Shown piece by piece: positions 62,463 through 64,000 of a DNA stretch of 64,000 nucleotides. The stretch's first letter is position 1. The number at the start of each line of letters is the position of its first letter. Both the position numbers and the translations under genes were made by a program. The stretch is from the NCBI GenBank assembly GCA_902580115.1, contig CACHJN010000004.1, positions 31,045-95,044 of the forward strand, in the 5' to 3' direction. Source of the DNA: an uncultured Pelagibacteraceae bacterium (GTDB lineage: Bacteria > Pseudomonadota > Alphaproteobacteria > Pelagibacterales > Pelagibacteraceae). The notes under the pieces are model-generated. The model was not told the origin of the DNA and searched no databases. It saw only the letters and a list, made by a program, of their open reading frames with translations.

Positions 62463-62500
62463 GCTGTATTTTCTCTAAATTTCAATTAATATCTTCCTTT

Positions 62501-63874
62501 ATGAATGAACAAGTTCAATCAGAACTTAAAAAAATTTTTAATGGCAGATTTTCCACATCTGTCTCGACCAGATCTAATTATGCTAGAGGTGAGGACACCT
62601 TTGATCCTGTTTTATCTCAGGCAGTAGTTTTTCCAGAAACAAACGATGAAGTTTCAAAAATTTTAAAACTTTGCAATCATCATAAAGTACCAGTTGTACC
62701 ATTTGGAACAGGAACTTCTTTAGAGGGCAATGTTGTAGGAAATGACAAAGGCATAACTATATCTTTAGAAAAAATGAATAAAATTTTAAGTGTAAACGTT
62801 GAAGATTTTGATTGTAGAGTTCAAGCATGTGTGACTAAAGAACAATTAAATGACTATTTAAGAGAGGACGGAGTTTTTTTCCCAATTGACCCTGGCGCTA
62901 ATGCTGCAATTGGAGGTATGGCCTCAACCTCAGCTTCTGGAACGATGGCTGTAAAATATGGAACCATGAAAACAGTAATTACAGGTTTAACAGTTGTTCT
63001 TCCTAATGGTGATATAATTAATACTGGAAGTAGAACCAAAAAGACTTCAGCTGGATATAATTTAACAAATTTGTTTATTGGTTCAGAGGGTACCCTAGGA
63101 ATAATCACTGAAATACAATTAAGATTATCCCCTATACCAGAGAGTATTATGAGTGCAGTTTGCCATTTCCAATCATTAGAAGATGCAGTTAAAACTGCAC
63201 AACAAATTATTCAATACGGTGTGCCTATTGCAAGAATTGAAATGCTAAATAAAGATCAAATGGATATAAGTATTAACTATTCGAAGTTAAAGGATCTTAA
63301 GGTTTTACCAACATTGTTCTTTGAATTCCATGGATCAGAGTCTTCCAATAAAGAAAATATTAAAGTTGTTGAAGAAATATCTAATGACAATAACGGAAGC
63401 TCTTTCAAGTGGGCTAAAGATCTAGCAGAGAGAAACAAATTATGGCAAGCTCGATGGGATGTTTATTATTCAGTGAAAGCATTGATAAAAAATGGAAGAG
63501 TTTATTCAACAGATGTATGCCTTCCGATTTCAAAGATAACTGAGTGCGTAAATTTTGCAGAAGAGGAAACAAAAAAATTTGGACTAAGAGCTCCAATGGT
63601 TGGACACTTAGGAGATGGTAATTTTCATGTGATTTTGCCCTATGATCCTCAAAAAAAAGAGACTTACAAAAAGATTAGAGAGTTCAGCGATTTACTAATT
63701 AAGAAGACATTGGAATTAAAAGGAACTATTACTGGTGAACATGGAATAGGACTTCATAAAAAAGAATATCTTATAAAAGAACATGGAGATAATATCCCAG
63801 TTATGAAATCTATAAAAAGAACTCTAGATCCAAATAATATAATGAATCCTGGCAAGATTTTTGACTTAAACTAA
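62501..63874 (+). CDS. FAD-linked oxidase, D-lactate dehydrogenase/GlcD family
   Basis: GTGTSLEG, FPIDPG, GSEGTLG, GHLGDGNFH, GEHGIG, DP.NIMNPGK. Confidence 0.92.
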   Translation: MNEQVQSELKKIFNGRFSTSVSTRSNYARGEDTFDPVLSQAVVFPETNDEVSKILKLCNHHKVPVVPFGTGTSLEGNVVGNDKGITISLEKMNKILSVNVEDFDCRVQACVTKEQLNDYLREDGVFFPIDPGANAAIGGMASTSASGTMAVKYGTMKTVITGLTVVLPNGDIINTGSRTKKTSAGYNLTNLFIGSEGTLGIITEIQLRLSPIPESIMSAVCHFQSLEDAVKTAQQIIQYGVPIARIEMLNKDQMDISINYSKLKDLKVLPTLFFEFHGSESSNKENIKVVEEISNDNNGSSFKWAKDLAERNKLWQARWDVYYSVKALIKNGRVYSTDVCLPISKITECVNFAEEETKKFGLRAPMVGHLGDGNFHVILPYDPQKKETYKKIREFSDLLIKKTLELKGTITGEHGIGLHKKEYLIKEHGDNIPVMKSIKRTLDPNNIMNPGKIFDLN

Positions 63875-63882
63875 TAATTCAG

Positions 63883-64000
63883 ATGAAAAAAATTCTTATC
63901 ACTAGAAAACTGCTTAGATCTTGTGAAGATAAGGCTGGTAAAATTTTCAATGCAAAATTTAATTCTAATGATGAACTACATTCACAAGAAAAATTGATTA
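63883..64000 (+). CDS. D-2-hydroxyacid dehydrogenase (glyoxylate/hydroxypyruvate reductase-like), 5' part only
   Basis: MKKILITRKL...FN.ND resembles the N-terminus of GyaR/GhrB-type enzymes; only 39 codons visible. Confidence 0.6.
   Translation, partial: MKKILITRKLLRSCEDKAGKIFNAKFNSNDELHSQEKLI

Noticed and set aside
2591-63596. Many 60-145 aa ORFs antisense or out of frame to core genes (e.g. 20568-20996, 31492-31926, 43996-44256)
   Set aside because: Almost wholly nested in well-supported genes, with composition typical of reverse-frame shadows and no motifs
1-64000. CRISPR arrays, IS elements, prophage, defence systems, rRNA
   Set aside because: No spaced repeats, transposase, integrase, phage or defence-like ORFs, or rRNA-like sequence seen; nearly all DNA is accounted for by core genes

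Overview
AT-rich, extremely gene-dense core-genome segment of a streamlined marine alphaproteobacterium, most likely Pelagibacterales/SAR11 (inferred from gene content, porin type, Lys/Asn-rich proteins and near-zero intergenic space). It covers the probable replication-origin region: hemE/ppsR intergenic oriC candidate, parAB with two parS-like sites, mnmEG-rsmG, leuS-lptE-holA, ftsK-lolA, his genes, hslVU and rho. It also holds a tRNA-Gly, purH/rpe, an acetate uptake and activation locus (ActP-like symporter, acs), tsaD, hemCD, folD, argG, ccmC-H and a 2-hydroxyacid oxidation cluster. I found no mobile element, prophage, CRISPR array or defence island, and no clearly new multi-gene system. 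The most unusual signals are a protamine-like N-terminal tail on Acs, two unexplained structured intergenic elements, an oriC with a recognisable DnaA-box/DnaA-trio module, an apparent ~19 kb inversion across the origin, a his operon lacking hisH, and widespread leaderless-type promoter architecture. All calls come from motif recognition and remembered gene order; no searches were run.
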